A stretch of DNA of 64,000 nt, taken from positions 225,248,001 to 225,312,000 of the forward strand of contig NC_058368.1 of assembly GCF_018350175.1 (NCBI RefSeq), in the 5' to 3' direction. Positions 53,360 to 64,000 of this stretch are shown here, in pieces (the first letter of the stretch is position 1; each line of letters opens with the position of its first letter). Position numbers and translations under genes: made by a program. A model generated the notes under the pieces. The model made no database searches and had not been told where the DNA came from. It saw nothing but the letters and a program-made list of their open reading frames with translations. This stretch comes from Felis catus (taxonomy: Eukaryota).

Positions 53360-54359
53360 CTTTGGAATGGGTGGATAGGAAGTGCTCGGGCTCTCGCTCA
53401 GACTTCAGGGGCTGCGTGGCGGTGGTGAATGACGCCCCCTGCCACCTGCTACCCTTCTCAGCACCCCAATCCCGCTCGCGCGCGACGTCCGCCTGGGATT
53501 CCGATACCTGGACGGGCAGTGAGGTTGGGGGTGACCTGCCGAACCCCCTCAGCCCATCGAGACAGAGGTCCTCGGGGTTGAGGGAGGCTGCCAACGGCAG
53601 GCAAGTCCGGGCGGCGCCCCCCGAGGACCGGGCGCGCTGGGCGAGGCGGCTCCTTCGCACGCTGGGCTGAGCCCGGAGCTCCGCGGCTGGGGACTAGCGA
53701 CGCCGCCGAGGTCCGCCTTGGGGGGGTTGGGCAGCGTCGTCCCTGCGACCGTGCTCTCGGGACTTGGGAGAGGAAGGAGAAAGGACAAGAGCCCGAGGGA
53801 AGGAACCGTCGGTGTTTCATGTCTGTTCTTTAAAAGAGGCAACCAGTTCTCGGCCAGACTGGGTTAGCCGAGGCAACCGGTGCAGTGCTGCCTAGAAGCG
53901 CACAGGTCAAAGCCACGGCCGAGCCGTGTCGGGGTGCCCTGAGGCACCGCCACTTTCACACCGGGACATAAAATAACCACCAGCGTGGGGAGGTATGCCC
54001 ACCTTGCTTCTCTGTTGGCCAGAAGCAAATGCAAAACATAACGGGACAACGCTTACAACCGCAGCTCTTTCATTAGACAAAAGCCAATTTTACCTTCCCG
54101 CAACCATCCGAGCCTTTGGAACTTTTATTTGCGGCATTGTGGCGCCCTCTGGCTGTGCTCGGATTGCTTTCACGTTTGCCCACCTCCCGGTAGAGCGAAG
54201 GATAGAGCTGGGAGTTGTCCTCGAAGGTGGATCTGCCCTCCTGACCCGTGCCTGGATTTGGGGGTTGGGTTGTCCTCCAAAATCGAGGCGACAAAATGCA
54301 ACCGTATCTTCAAAGGGAGGACGCCAAAGGCAAGTGCATCTGCATTCGACTGGGGAAAG
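53360..54359 (+). ncRNA. Putative exon of a divergent BASP1-AS1-like lncRNA (start approximate)
   Basis: Perfect donor AAG|GTAAGT at 54359/54360 at the island edge. A divergent BASP1-AS1 is known in human. Confidence 0.4.
54141..54155 (-). promoter_or_regulatory. CTCF-like motif
   Basis: Minus strand CAGCCAGAGGGCGCC resembles the CCASYAGRKGGCRS consensus. Confidence 0.5.
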
Positions 54360-54833
54360 GTAAGTCCGGGTAACAGGGAAAAAACTTGTTAGAACTTAAC
54401 TATATTTAAATTAAGCAGGGTGTCAATGTCAACCCAATACTACAGGTCGCTAGAGGCTATGCAGGTAACCGCTAGACGACGGTACTGCACAGGTAGCTAC
54501 GGTTCATACGCGGCCACGACAGATAAAACGCGTGCAAGCTGGAAATATTCGCATTTTAACCAAAGGGCGGTAAGAAAAAGTGGCAATTTTGTTTCTATGT
54601 GGGTTTTTTTCCTTGCTTTCCTTTTTTTTCTTTTTCTTTTCTTTTTTGTCTTTTTTTTTTCTTGCCATTGAAGTGAAATAGCAAAGAAGTAACTATAGTT
54701 CAAGAACGGGGTGGAGCGGATTACAACTAGGGTTGCCTCCAAAGCATTTTATATATTTGAACATTTATGTTCAATAATTGAGTATGTTCAACCTATGCCC
54801 CTTATTCCAGAACATTATCTATGAGGCCGTATG

Positions 54834-55101
54834 CAGGGTTTCTCAACCTCCTGTTTGAGATGGGTAATTTTTTGTTTTGGATGGGGGACGGGGCTGTCCT
54901 GTGCTCTATTGGATGTTTAGCATTATTGCTGGCCTCTACCCACTAGTTACCAGTAGTGAGTGCACACACACACAAACACACACACACACACACCCTCTAC
55001 CACCACCACCAACATACCATCAGTTGTGACAACCAAAAATGTCTCCAGATGTCTCCAAATGTCCCCTGGGAGGCAAAAGTCACTCCAGGTTGAAAACTGT
55101 G
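54834..55101. mobile_element. MER20-like DNA transposon with internal (CA)n
   Basis: cagggtttctcaacct...ggggctgtcctgtgc...gttgtgacaaccaaaaatgtctccaga...gttgaaaac. Confidence 0.85.
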
Positions 55102-55511
55102 TGGCCATGGAATTTCAAGTCCTCTCAAGCAAGCCTCTAAGTTTTCACTTTATCGAATCCGATGAGCATTTGCAACTTTACACTCAAGGCATTTGCTGAA
55201 TGTATTTGTCAAGACATCTGAATAGTTATTTCATTAACATTCAGTTTTAACTCTGTGATCTTTCAGACATGCAAATAAGTCATCTGAAAAGTAGTAAATA
55301 TATGTTCCTATTGTGTTTGCGTGAGAGGCCTCTGAATGTTCCCTTCTTTCTGTTTTCTCTTTTTCCAATTTTTCCCAAAATAGACAACGCAGAAAATAAC
55401 CATTTGTTACCGTCAGTGCTTCTAGCTAAATTTTCATGATGGGAAAAAACAAGCCTTTCAAAGGTGCAATTGGAGAAAAGATCACAGGTTGCCATAGAAA
55501 TGGGAGGCAAA

Positions 55512-55910
55512 GGGGCACCTGGGTGGCTCAGTGGGTTAAGCGTCCGACTTCAGCCAGGTCACGATCTCGCGGTCCGGGAGTTCGAGCCCCGCGTCGGGCT
55601 CTGGGCTGATGGCTCAGAGCCTGGAGCCTGTTTCCGATTCTGTGTCTCCCTCTCTCTCTGCCCCTCCCCCGTTCATGCTCTGTCTCTCTCTGTCCCAAAA
55701 ATAAATAAAAAACGTTGAAAAAAAAAATTAAAAAAAAAAAAAAAAGCTCAGGTCATGATCTCACTGTACATGGGATGGAGCCCCGAGTCGGGCTCTGTGC
55801 TGATGAGCAGAGCCTGCTTGGGATTCTCTCTCCCTCTCCCTCTGTCCCTCCTCCCCTTGCGCATGCTGTCTCTCAAAATAAATAAATAAACATTAAAAGA
55901 AAAAAAAAGA
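55512..55910 (+). mobile_element. Chimeric/nested CAN-SINE pair
   Basis: One head, a young body and tail to 55745, then an older body resumes agctcaggtcatgatctc. Confidence 0.9.
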
Positions 55911-56987
55911 AATAGGCAAAAACGTCCGCCAATGAGACTTTGGGTCTCCTCAATTTTGTCTTCCGTTAAATCCAATTTGTTGATGTTTTTAGTTTGATTT
56001 TTAGTTGTTCATCTACCATCTGAACATTTTTAGGGTGCATGCGCTTGAAAACGTTTTCAAAACACATGCTTCAGGAAGCTCTGGAGTTTAGAAAACTATT
56101 GTGGATGTCACTCGCTGCTTCGATTATAAACAAATGGATTTGGAGGCATATGTTAAAAGCACATTTTATGACAAATTTAATTACCTGCCAGCATTACGCT
56201 CGTGAAAACCAGCTTTACTCTCCAAATGGAGTGAATATCTTTTTAATAAACAAAGCTGAACTTCCCGGGGTTGTAAAATGAATCCTAGTGTCGTTTTCAA
56301 TTGCCTGCATAATTTGCTTCAGTGAAGCATCGCCTGCATCATGAAATTACTCATCCAAAAGATAAATTATTCAGTGACAACTGATTTTTCCTAAAAGACT
56401 TACCAAAGAATTGCTTGCAGGGTAATGGACACATTGCCACCGAAATTACTAGTCCGTTTCCAAGAGCCTCAATGCAAGCTAAGCTTTTTCAACTGTATCT
56501 AGTGTGTCAATTGAGGCATCTCCGATTGATTAGTATACAGACCTCATCTCACCTCCAAATCTCACCCACAGCTCCTCGCCCCGGACCCCCAAATCTCCAC
56601 CTCCCCAGGCCTGACATCGGCCTCGCTTCCCCTTCCTTTTCTCTGGAATAGTAAAAAGGATTAAGATCCCAAATACGATGTGAACCAAGATGAGTGAAGC
56701 AAAAGCATGCTGACAGCCAGGCCTGTCACACCAGCCGCCTTTGCTTGACATCTTTTTGGCTAGCTCCTGTCCAAGGCCACGTGTTAACCCAGAGCCTTGG
56801 AGGAGAACCACGCGGAGAATTTGATAAATTCAGCTCTACTCATTAAGCTATTGAACGGATAACCAAATTGCGGCAGGTGTTCACAAGGCCTGATCTACAA
56901 ATTCCAAGCCAAAGGCCAGACAGAGCCAGATCCCATATGACATATGAAAGTGTACAGCTTCCCCCCACCCTGAAGTATATTTGTGAC

Positions 56988-57202
56988 TTAAAAAAAAAAA
57001 AATGAATGCTTATTTATTTTTGAGAGAGAGAGAGAGAGAGAGAGCACAATCCGGGGAGGGCAGAGAGAGAGGAATCCGAAGCAGGCTCCAGGCTCCGAGC
57101 TGTCAGCACCGAGCCCGAAGGCGGAGCTCGAACTCACGAACTGTGAGATCGTGACCCGAGCTGGAGTCGGACGCTTAACCGACCGAGCCCTCCAGGCGCC
57201 CC
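56988..57202 (-). mobile_element. CAN-SINE
   Basis: (GA)n tract, reverse head ...ccaggcgcccc. Confidence 0.92.
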
Positions 57203-57344
57203 AGTGTCGTTATGATTTTCGATCGAAGGAAAATATTGAAATCGGTACATTTATTTCGTCTTTCTCCCTGCCTCACTTCCCCCACCCTGTGATTATCACC
57301 ACCTCAGCATTCACAGATCCAAGTGAAAAGACTTCCTTTGTTCC

Positions 57345-57580
57345 AATCGGTGGCTCTCAGGCAGGTGCTCTTTGACTTCCCAGAGCACAGCCTGCAACAT
57401 CTAGAGGGATTTGGGGAAAGAAGATAGAAGCGGGGGCGGGGGGGGGGGGGATTGCTACCGGCATCTAATGGGTAAAAATGAGCATTGCTGCTAAGCATCC
57501 TGCAGCACACGCAGAACAGCCCCTGCAGTCAGCAATTATCCAGTCTAAAATGCCCATAATAATGAGGTTGAGAAACCTTG
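57345..57580. mobile_element. MER20-like remnant (opposite orientation to the 54834 copy)
   Basis: ggcatctaatgggta...tgctgctaagcatcct...gaggttgagaaacc. Confidence 0.7.
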
Positions 57581-60430
57581 GTGTAAAAGCGCATGAAGTC
57601 GGAAAAGATGTGTTTTGAGAGCACGTGCTGCCAGGGGAAGTGCCTCTTGCCGTGTGTGTGGTTCAGGGTGTCTCGCAGGCAGTGGGTCTGGAGCTGTAAA
57701 ATTCTGCTCTTAGCAGGGGCCCTGAGCCCTTCACCGACCCCCTTCCTTGACCATGACATGAGTCTGAGCGGTGACTTCGAGAGCGGCGCCAAAGATTGAC
57801 ATCGGGGATTTTTGAATCCCACCCTCTGTTACTACCTGCCGAGTAACTGGAAGAGAAACAGCTGAGCCTCACTTCCCAATTTCAGTTTCCTCTTTGTGTC
57901 CTGTAAAACGATACTGGGGAAACCTGAGCAACCCTGGATGTGCTAACAAAGCACGGGACTCCAAGTGGAAGGAGCAAGCCGGCCTCGGCAAGACGCTAGG
58001 AACACGTTGGCCCAGGAGAAAAAGCAGAGCAAAACGACAACAACAACAAAAACCAATCCCATGCTCTGCCTGAACAGTCCCCTTTTCAACTCCCTTCTCC
58101 CTTTCTTTCACTGTAATCTCCGCACCTCCCCGCCCCCCGCCACATTGGCCCCCAAATACTTTTCTACTCACCAGCATTTTCTATTAAGGAAATACGTCAA
58201 ACCAACGATAAAGGGTGTGTGCCTCACTCACCAGCGAGGGCTTTTTCTAGCCGGTGCCTACCCCTTTCTATAGCCTTGAGGCCTGGGATTAAACACAGGG
58301 ACCTCAAGTCTTAGGAAAACAGTCCTTAATTCTTTGGCTGCCCTTCCGCCCAAATCGCCTGTTAAACCCTTCAAAGAACAAGTTGCTTTTAAATGACATA
58401 AAGAATGTCGTAGAACAATTATTCGCAAGGCTCCACTTTTGAATAAATGAGACTGAAGAGGTTCTGGTGTTAAATAACACGAGCTTGAAGTCTCGCCCAT
58501 TCCTTGTTGCTACCTGCCTTTACTCTCAGATCAGCCCCTACTGGTAATTAAAATATTTTTGCTTTAACTCCGAAGCCAGGAATGGTGCCCAAAATAAATT
58601 GCTAAGTGCAACAGTAAATTGCCAAACAGAATGCAGAGGACGAACATTTTTTTGTTATAAATTAATTAAGGGATGCTGCCTCCCCTGCCTCTCCAAGCAC
58701 AAATGCTGTCCAAATTCCAATATCTAGCCAACTCTGCTCTTTGGATACACACCCTAAGACCCCCAAATAGATGCCATGACCCTCCTGTGTCTCAAGCCCA
58801 GGCATCTCCTACTCAGATAAGGTCAGCTCCATGTCAGAAAGAATGATTTCAGAGCCAGAGCATTTGGCACAAAGCATCATGGTCCCCATCTGAAAGCATC
58901 CAAAAGGACTTGGAACAAAAAAAGGAAATTTCATTGTAATCGAAATACTCATTTGATCAAAACCGAACACAAGGAAGTGTGTGAAAGATGCCAAGAACTA
59001 CTTCTCAGGTGCCAAAGCAAGTTGCTGACTAGCACCTGTGGGGTTGTGCATTATGGTAGAAATAAATACATGGGGAAATGTCCACGGGGTTTTAGCCCAG
59101 ACTGTTAGCAGTGGCTGTCACCGGGAATTGGTGTCATTCCAGAGGTGGGGTGGAGGGCTGCTTGGCTGTCTGACACCATATTATCAAGTTCTATGTTGAA
59201 TGAATATTTTTGCAATGACCGCTCATTATTTTGGGACTCAGAATATATAATTTTGACCAGTGCTCGAGAGACCTGTTCTGGGCTAAGACATCACCACTTG
59301 GAGACTGCCTTCCCATCAGCTTTCCTGCTGTATGCTTTTTAACCCCATACTTCTGCTGCTTGAATCTTCCTGTTTCTTACCTTTACATTGGTGGCCGAAT
59401 TGACATGAAGCATGTGCCCTGGCACATTCTTAATAGCCCTGGCACTCCGCTTTCAGCTGCTGGACCCGGTGTCTGGGCGACCCCACCCCAGCCCACCTCT
59501 AGGGCAAAAAACCCCCCCTCCCCAGCTTTTGAGGTGATTGTAGAAAGATGTTCGCCTACAGTTCGCCTCCACTATGCCATCCACATATTAACTTACTTTG
59601 GGAGTTGATGGACCGATGATCACACGCAAAGCTCTGTTTTCTATATAATGTGTTTTCCTAAATGTCTTCCTTGGTATATCGGAGTGATTTTCTACTCAAC
59701 AGCATTGCTGCGGATTCAAAAACCACCTTACGCATCATATCTTCTACTGGAGACCAGTTCTCTTCCTTTCTGTGTTTTATTCCCAATAATGCTGCGGTGA
59801 CAGCTTTCAACACATGGTTCTCATATTTTGAAGTATTTTCCCAATTTACATTTCTAGAAATGGGATCCATCAATCACTGCCATGCTGATGTTTATGGTTT
59901 TGCCCTCCACATCCACGAGATTAAACAAAATCAGCGCAACCAAAATAAACTAAGAGAACTCGTTTCCCCAGAGATTCCGACCCCAGCACATTCTACAACT
60001 TCTCAGAGGTGCCAATGTCTTTAAGTTGCATATATTTAATTACGGACCGGATCAGACTTTTTTTTTTTTCTAGTGCTGATTCACTGTATGGGTTTCACTT
60101 GATGTCACAGTCTGTCTCCTATGAAAAAGGGTTAATATCAATTCTACTGACTAAAGTCTTCTGTTCATCCCTTTGTCACTTTTTAATGGGAAAGTTGGTC
60201 CCATTCTTCGACGTTCTCTTCGAACCTGTTGAACTCTGCGGGACTAGCTCGGGCAGCACATCTTAGTGGCTCTGCAGACAAGCTTTTTTTAGATACTAAT
60301 GGTTTCAAGTCCCAACTGCCTCTGCTTTCTGGGTTTTTAGCACAGATCTTCATCTCTTTTAGCCTTAGTCTTTTCATCTGGGAAATGGAAATATTTCCAG
60401 TTGCACTGGGTTGTGCTGAAGTTTATACAA

Positions 60431-60964
60431 TTTTTTATTAATGTTTATTTTTTAATGTTTATTTATTATTATTTTTAATATGAAATTTATTATTTTAATT
60501 TTTTCAATGTTTATTTATTTATTATTATTTTTAATATGAAATTTCTTGTCAAATTGGTTTCCAGACAACACCCAGTGCTCATCCCAACAGGTGCCCTCCT
60601 CAATGCCCATCACCCACTTTCCCCTCCCTCCCATCCCCCGAGAATAAATAAACCGAGAATAAATAAATAATAAATAAAAATAAACCGAGAATAAATCCTC
60701 GGTTTATTCTCAGTGTTTAAGAGTCTTTTATGGTTTGCCCTTCCTCTCTAACTTTTTGTTTTCCCCTTCCCCTCCACTGTGGACTTCCGTTAAGTTTCTC
60801 AGGATCCACATAAGAGTGAAAACATATGGTATCCGTCTTTCTCTGGCTGACTTACTTCACTTAGCATAACACTCTCCAGTTCCATCCCCATGGCGACAAA
60901 AGGCCAGACTGCATTCTTTCTCATCGCCAAGTAGTATTCCATTGCATATACAAACCACAACTTC
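60431..60964 (-). mobile_element. 5'-truncated felid L1 3' end with local rearrangements
   Basis: ORF2 end KKLWFVYAMEYYLAMRKN...HMFSLLCGS; TSD tttatacaa 60422-60430 / 60965-60973. Confidence 0.93.
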
Positions 60965-61919
60965 TTTATACAAGAGACTTTAAATCCCTCAGGCAGTTCA
61001 TAAAACACACTCAGAAAAATGTGTTCTAAAGGGGCTGATTTTATAGCGCCACCAAGAGAGCCATCAAGGAAGGGATAAAAAACAGGAGTCAACAGGATGG
61101 GAGGGCACACGTCACTGGAATGGGAAAACCTGTGGCACACGGTCTGTCGCTTTGTTTGCAGAGAAACTTAGCTCGAAGCTTCCTGGCATCCAAGAAAAGA
61201 AGGTCAAGACGCCATGAACTATTAACTCTCCTCTAATAAAGGAAAGGTTTCCAGGGTGTGCGGAGCGACGGATCTTCCTAGCAAACGTTTCAGAGGAATG
61301 GATTGATGTATATCCCGCGACAGAAAGGCTCGTGGATTGTGTAAAGGACAATCTTGCAATAACGACGTTTACTGGAAACACAGACATTTTCTCATGAGGT
61401 CATTTATGACGTCAACCAGCAAACGCCACGAGCCATCAAACCCTAACTCTGGAAAGGAAGCTCGTGAGTTTTACAATTCATATCATACTTGTGGATCTGG
61501 AAAGCTATTATAATTATACAGCGATTTTACGAGAAGGGAAAAATAAGGTGGTGCAGGCAGACCATTTGGGCTGGAGCCTAGAGTGAGATTTTTCCGCGCC
61601 GGCGGCGCCAGGAGGGAAGCAGTGGGACGCCTTTCCGTGGTCCGCGTAGACTGTCCCCCGGGAGAGAAGGCCTACTGAAAACACAGGGCCACCCCTCCCC
61701 CAGACTCTGCCGCAACCTCTCCCCGGGAGTCTCAAGCAAAGGTTTTGAACACGGAGACCCTAGAGTCCCCGGGGGATTGGGGGACAGCCATCACGCAATT
61801 CTTCACCCCTCTCTCTAGCTGCTTCTGCATTTTGGTGTGAACTTTAAACACACACTGCAGCGCCAAAATTGACTTCTCCTGTATTGCATTGCCAGAAAAG
61901 TAATAAATATTTATATTCT

Positions 61920-62175
61920 GGGGCGCCTGGGTGGCTCAGTCAGCTAAGCGTCATACTCTTGGTTTGGGCTCAGGTCATGATCTCGCAGTCTGTGGGTTCG
62001 AGCCCCGCATCGGGCTCTGTGCTGACGGCTCAGAGCCTGGAGCCTGTTTCCGATTCTGGGTCTCCCTCTCTCTCTGCCCCTCCCCTGCTCATGCTCTGCC
62101 TCTCTCTGTCTCAAAAATAAATAAACGTTAAAAAAAAATTTTTTTTTAAATTAAAAAAAATAAATACAACCAAGA
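61920..62175 (+). mobile_element. CAN-SINE
   Basis: TSD aaatatttatattct. Confidence 0.95.
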
Positions 62176-62799
62176 AATATTTATATTCTAAGGTTTCATC
62201 TTCCTTTTTTAGACTTAGCTTGTATTTTGACCCAGGCAAAGGGGTCTCCCATGTCCGCCAAAGGGGGCGCCTTGGGGTTCTGGCAGAGGACGTGCCACAT
62301 CTTGTTGGCAGCTGCTTAGAATGTGCTCAGGGGCCTGCAAAGTGTCAACCAGAAGCCCCCGAGGCCAAAAGTGCTGAGGGTGGGAGGCGCAACCAAGAGA
62401 TTTTTGAGAGCAGCTGTTCCCCATCAACCAGCTGGATGGACTCTAAGCTTTAAAAAACGGCCCAGGGAAATAGTTGGTTGGAAGGGGGTGGGCCCCATAT
62501 CCCGCTGTGCAGGCCCCCCTTCTGGGATGGGACCAGCAGCAGAACCCAGCGGAGGGCAGAGAAACAGCCAACACAATCGTCCTCGGATTGGCCTAAACAC
62601 ATATAACTAGCGATGTAAAAAATTTTAAATATGCCCCACAGCATCAATCTGCGTTTCATACTGTATTTCTTCAAGTTGTTATTAACTAATCATCTCAAAG
62701 TTATGGATACTTTTCTAAGAGAAATTAAAGAGGAAGCTTAAACAAAGAGTTCCTGCCTTCAGAAACACACACTACAATGGAGAAACTTACAAGGTAAGG

Positions 62800-63022
62800 C
62801 AGGAGTCTGCAAACTTTGCTTCTAAAAGGGCCAAATAGTGACCATTTCAGGTGTTGCAAGCAGGGAGGCTTCTGTTGCCACCGCAGACCCCTGCCGTGGT
62901 CTTGGGACAGCAGCCATAATTTGAAAACAAACGGACATGGCTGTGTTCCAATAAAGCTTTATTTGTAAAACCACGTGGCAGGTCAGCTTTGGGGGGGGGG
63001 GGCTGCAGTTCACCCACCCCTG
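62800..63022. mobile_element. MER58A-like DNA transposon
   Basis: Termini caggagtctgcaaact...agttcacccacccctg; core catggctgtgttccaataaagctttattt. Confidence 0.85.
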
Positions 63023-63707
63023 CTAAATTCAAACCCCTAGGCTGTAGTAAAGTAAGTTTGAAGCTTCCTTTCGAAAATTCAAAAATTTCACATGCATTCT
63101 TTTATTTGCCTTGAAATATTATTCTGGAGCAACGAATAAATAAATGCAAGCAACAAAAAGGCGCACTGAATTTTTTTTTGTTCACACGCTGTATGCAGAG
63201 TTTCATGTGAATATTCTATATTCTCAAATCATTTATCTTTCTTTTTCACTATGATAAACTACATTCTTGAAATCCATCCGGATGTTTTTTTTCATTGACT
63301 CAAAACATTTATGACCGACACATAAGGGGATGAAAATTTGCATTTAATCCTGATTTCCATTAAAAGGGGCTTACAGTCTCTTCGGAGGTTTATTGTATTT
63401 AATCTCATTAACTTCACATTGATTGTCCCAGAAATTGAAATATAGCTTGACATATTTGCCAGTCTGGTCTGGAATTACCTCCTTGTGGGGAAGCAAAATG
63501 GGGGAAAGAAGGTGATTGCAGTCAGCCGTCCAGCAGAGAAGGGAAACAATACATTTAAATGAAAATAAAATATTTAGCATAAAAAATACTGACTTAGTGC
63601 AGGACATTTTTCTGAAAGGAACGTTTTAAAATATTATACAATAAAAAATAACTTTTCCTTCATGATATGAGATATCAGATGAACTCCAGTTAAATAAAAT
63701 AGATGTA

Positions 63708-63960
63708 GGGGTGCCTGGGTGGCTCAGTCGGTTAAGCGTCCAACTTCGGCTCAGGTCATGATCTCGTGGTTCATGAGTTCAAGCCCCACGTCGGGCTCTG
63801 TGCTGACAGCTCAGAGCCCGGAGCCTGTTTTGGATTCTATGTTTTCCTCTCTCTCTGCCCCTCACCTGCTCATGCTCTGTCTCTCTCTCTCTTTCCCAAA
63901 AATAAATAGACATTTAAAAACAAGTAAAAAATAAAATAATAAAATAAAATAAAATAAAAG
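63708..63960 (+). mobile_element. CAN-SINE with (TAAAA)n tail
   Basis: Full head, body and tail. Confidence 0.95.
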
Positions 63961-64000
63961 ACAGATCCACTTTCACTTATCTGAGAATCACTCCTAGAGA

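Larger units (their letters stand above)
51290..54300. promoter_or_regulatory. CpG island / bidirectional promoter of BASP1
   Basis: Very high GC and CpG density, GC boxes (GGGGCGGGG near 52636), no young repeats, contains exon 1. Confidence 0.92.

Noticed and set aside
51919..53670. 583-aa + strand ORF and other overlapping long ORFs in the CpG island
   Set aside because: Pro/Arg/Gly/Ala-rich low-complexity translation with several frames open on both strands. This is the expected stop-codon depletion of GC-rich DNA, with no recognisable domain.
59658..60024. Overlapping opposite-strand ORFs (120 aa on +, 71 aa on -) that look protein-like
   Set aside because: No family recognised and no convincing splice or Kozak context. 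It could be an old transposon relic, but this needs a BLASTX/Dfam search.
1..64000. CRISPR arrays, prokaryotic defence/operon systems, rRNA or numt
   Set aside because: No regularly spaced repeat-spacer units, no gene-dense ORFs and no rRNA or mitochondrial similarity noticed. All dispersed repeats are explained by mammalian transposons.

Overview
Mammalian genomic DNA from a felid (cat-family) genome, judged from the abundant felid-type CAN-SINEs and L1 3' ends. No prokaryotic system, CRISPR array or intact protein-coding exon is visible. The main landmark is a CpG island at ~51.3-54.3 kb. It contains a minus-strand non-coding first exon (~52720-52940, ending ...GGCACCCAGAGCCG|GTAAGG) that I recognise from memory as the 5' UTR exon 1 of BASP1. 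Positions 1-52719 are therefore BASP1 intron 1, and the single coding exon lies beyond the left edge. A perfect + strand splice donor at 54359/54360 suggests a divergent BASP1-AS1-like lncRNA. The rest is interspersed repeats: about 29 CAN-SINEs, L1 3' fragments, MaLR and ERV1-type solo LTRs, MER DNA transposons, MIR/L2 and microsatellites. Repeat subfamily names are recalled, not database-checked. The most interesting structures are a probable L1 3' transduction inside a MER58 (20.2-20.7 kb), templated inverted insertions in an L1 (60.6 kb), nested and chimeric SINEs, two candidate cryptic exons in intron 1, and a uORF plus an open non-AUG frame in exon 1.
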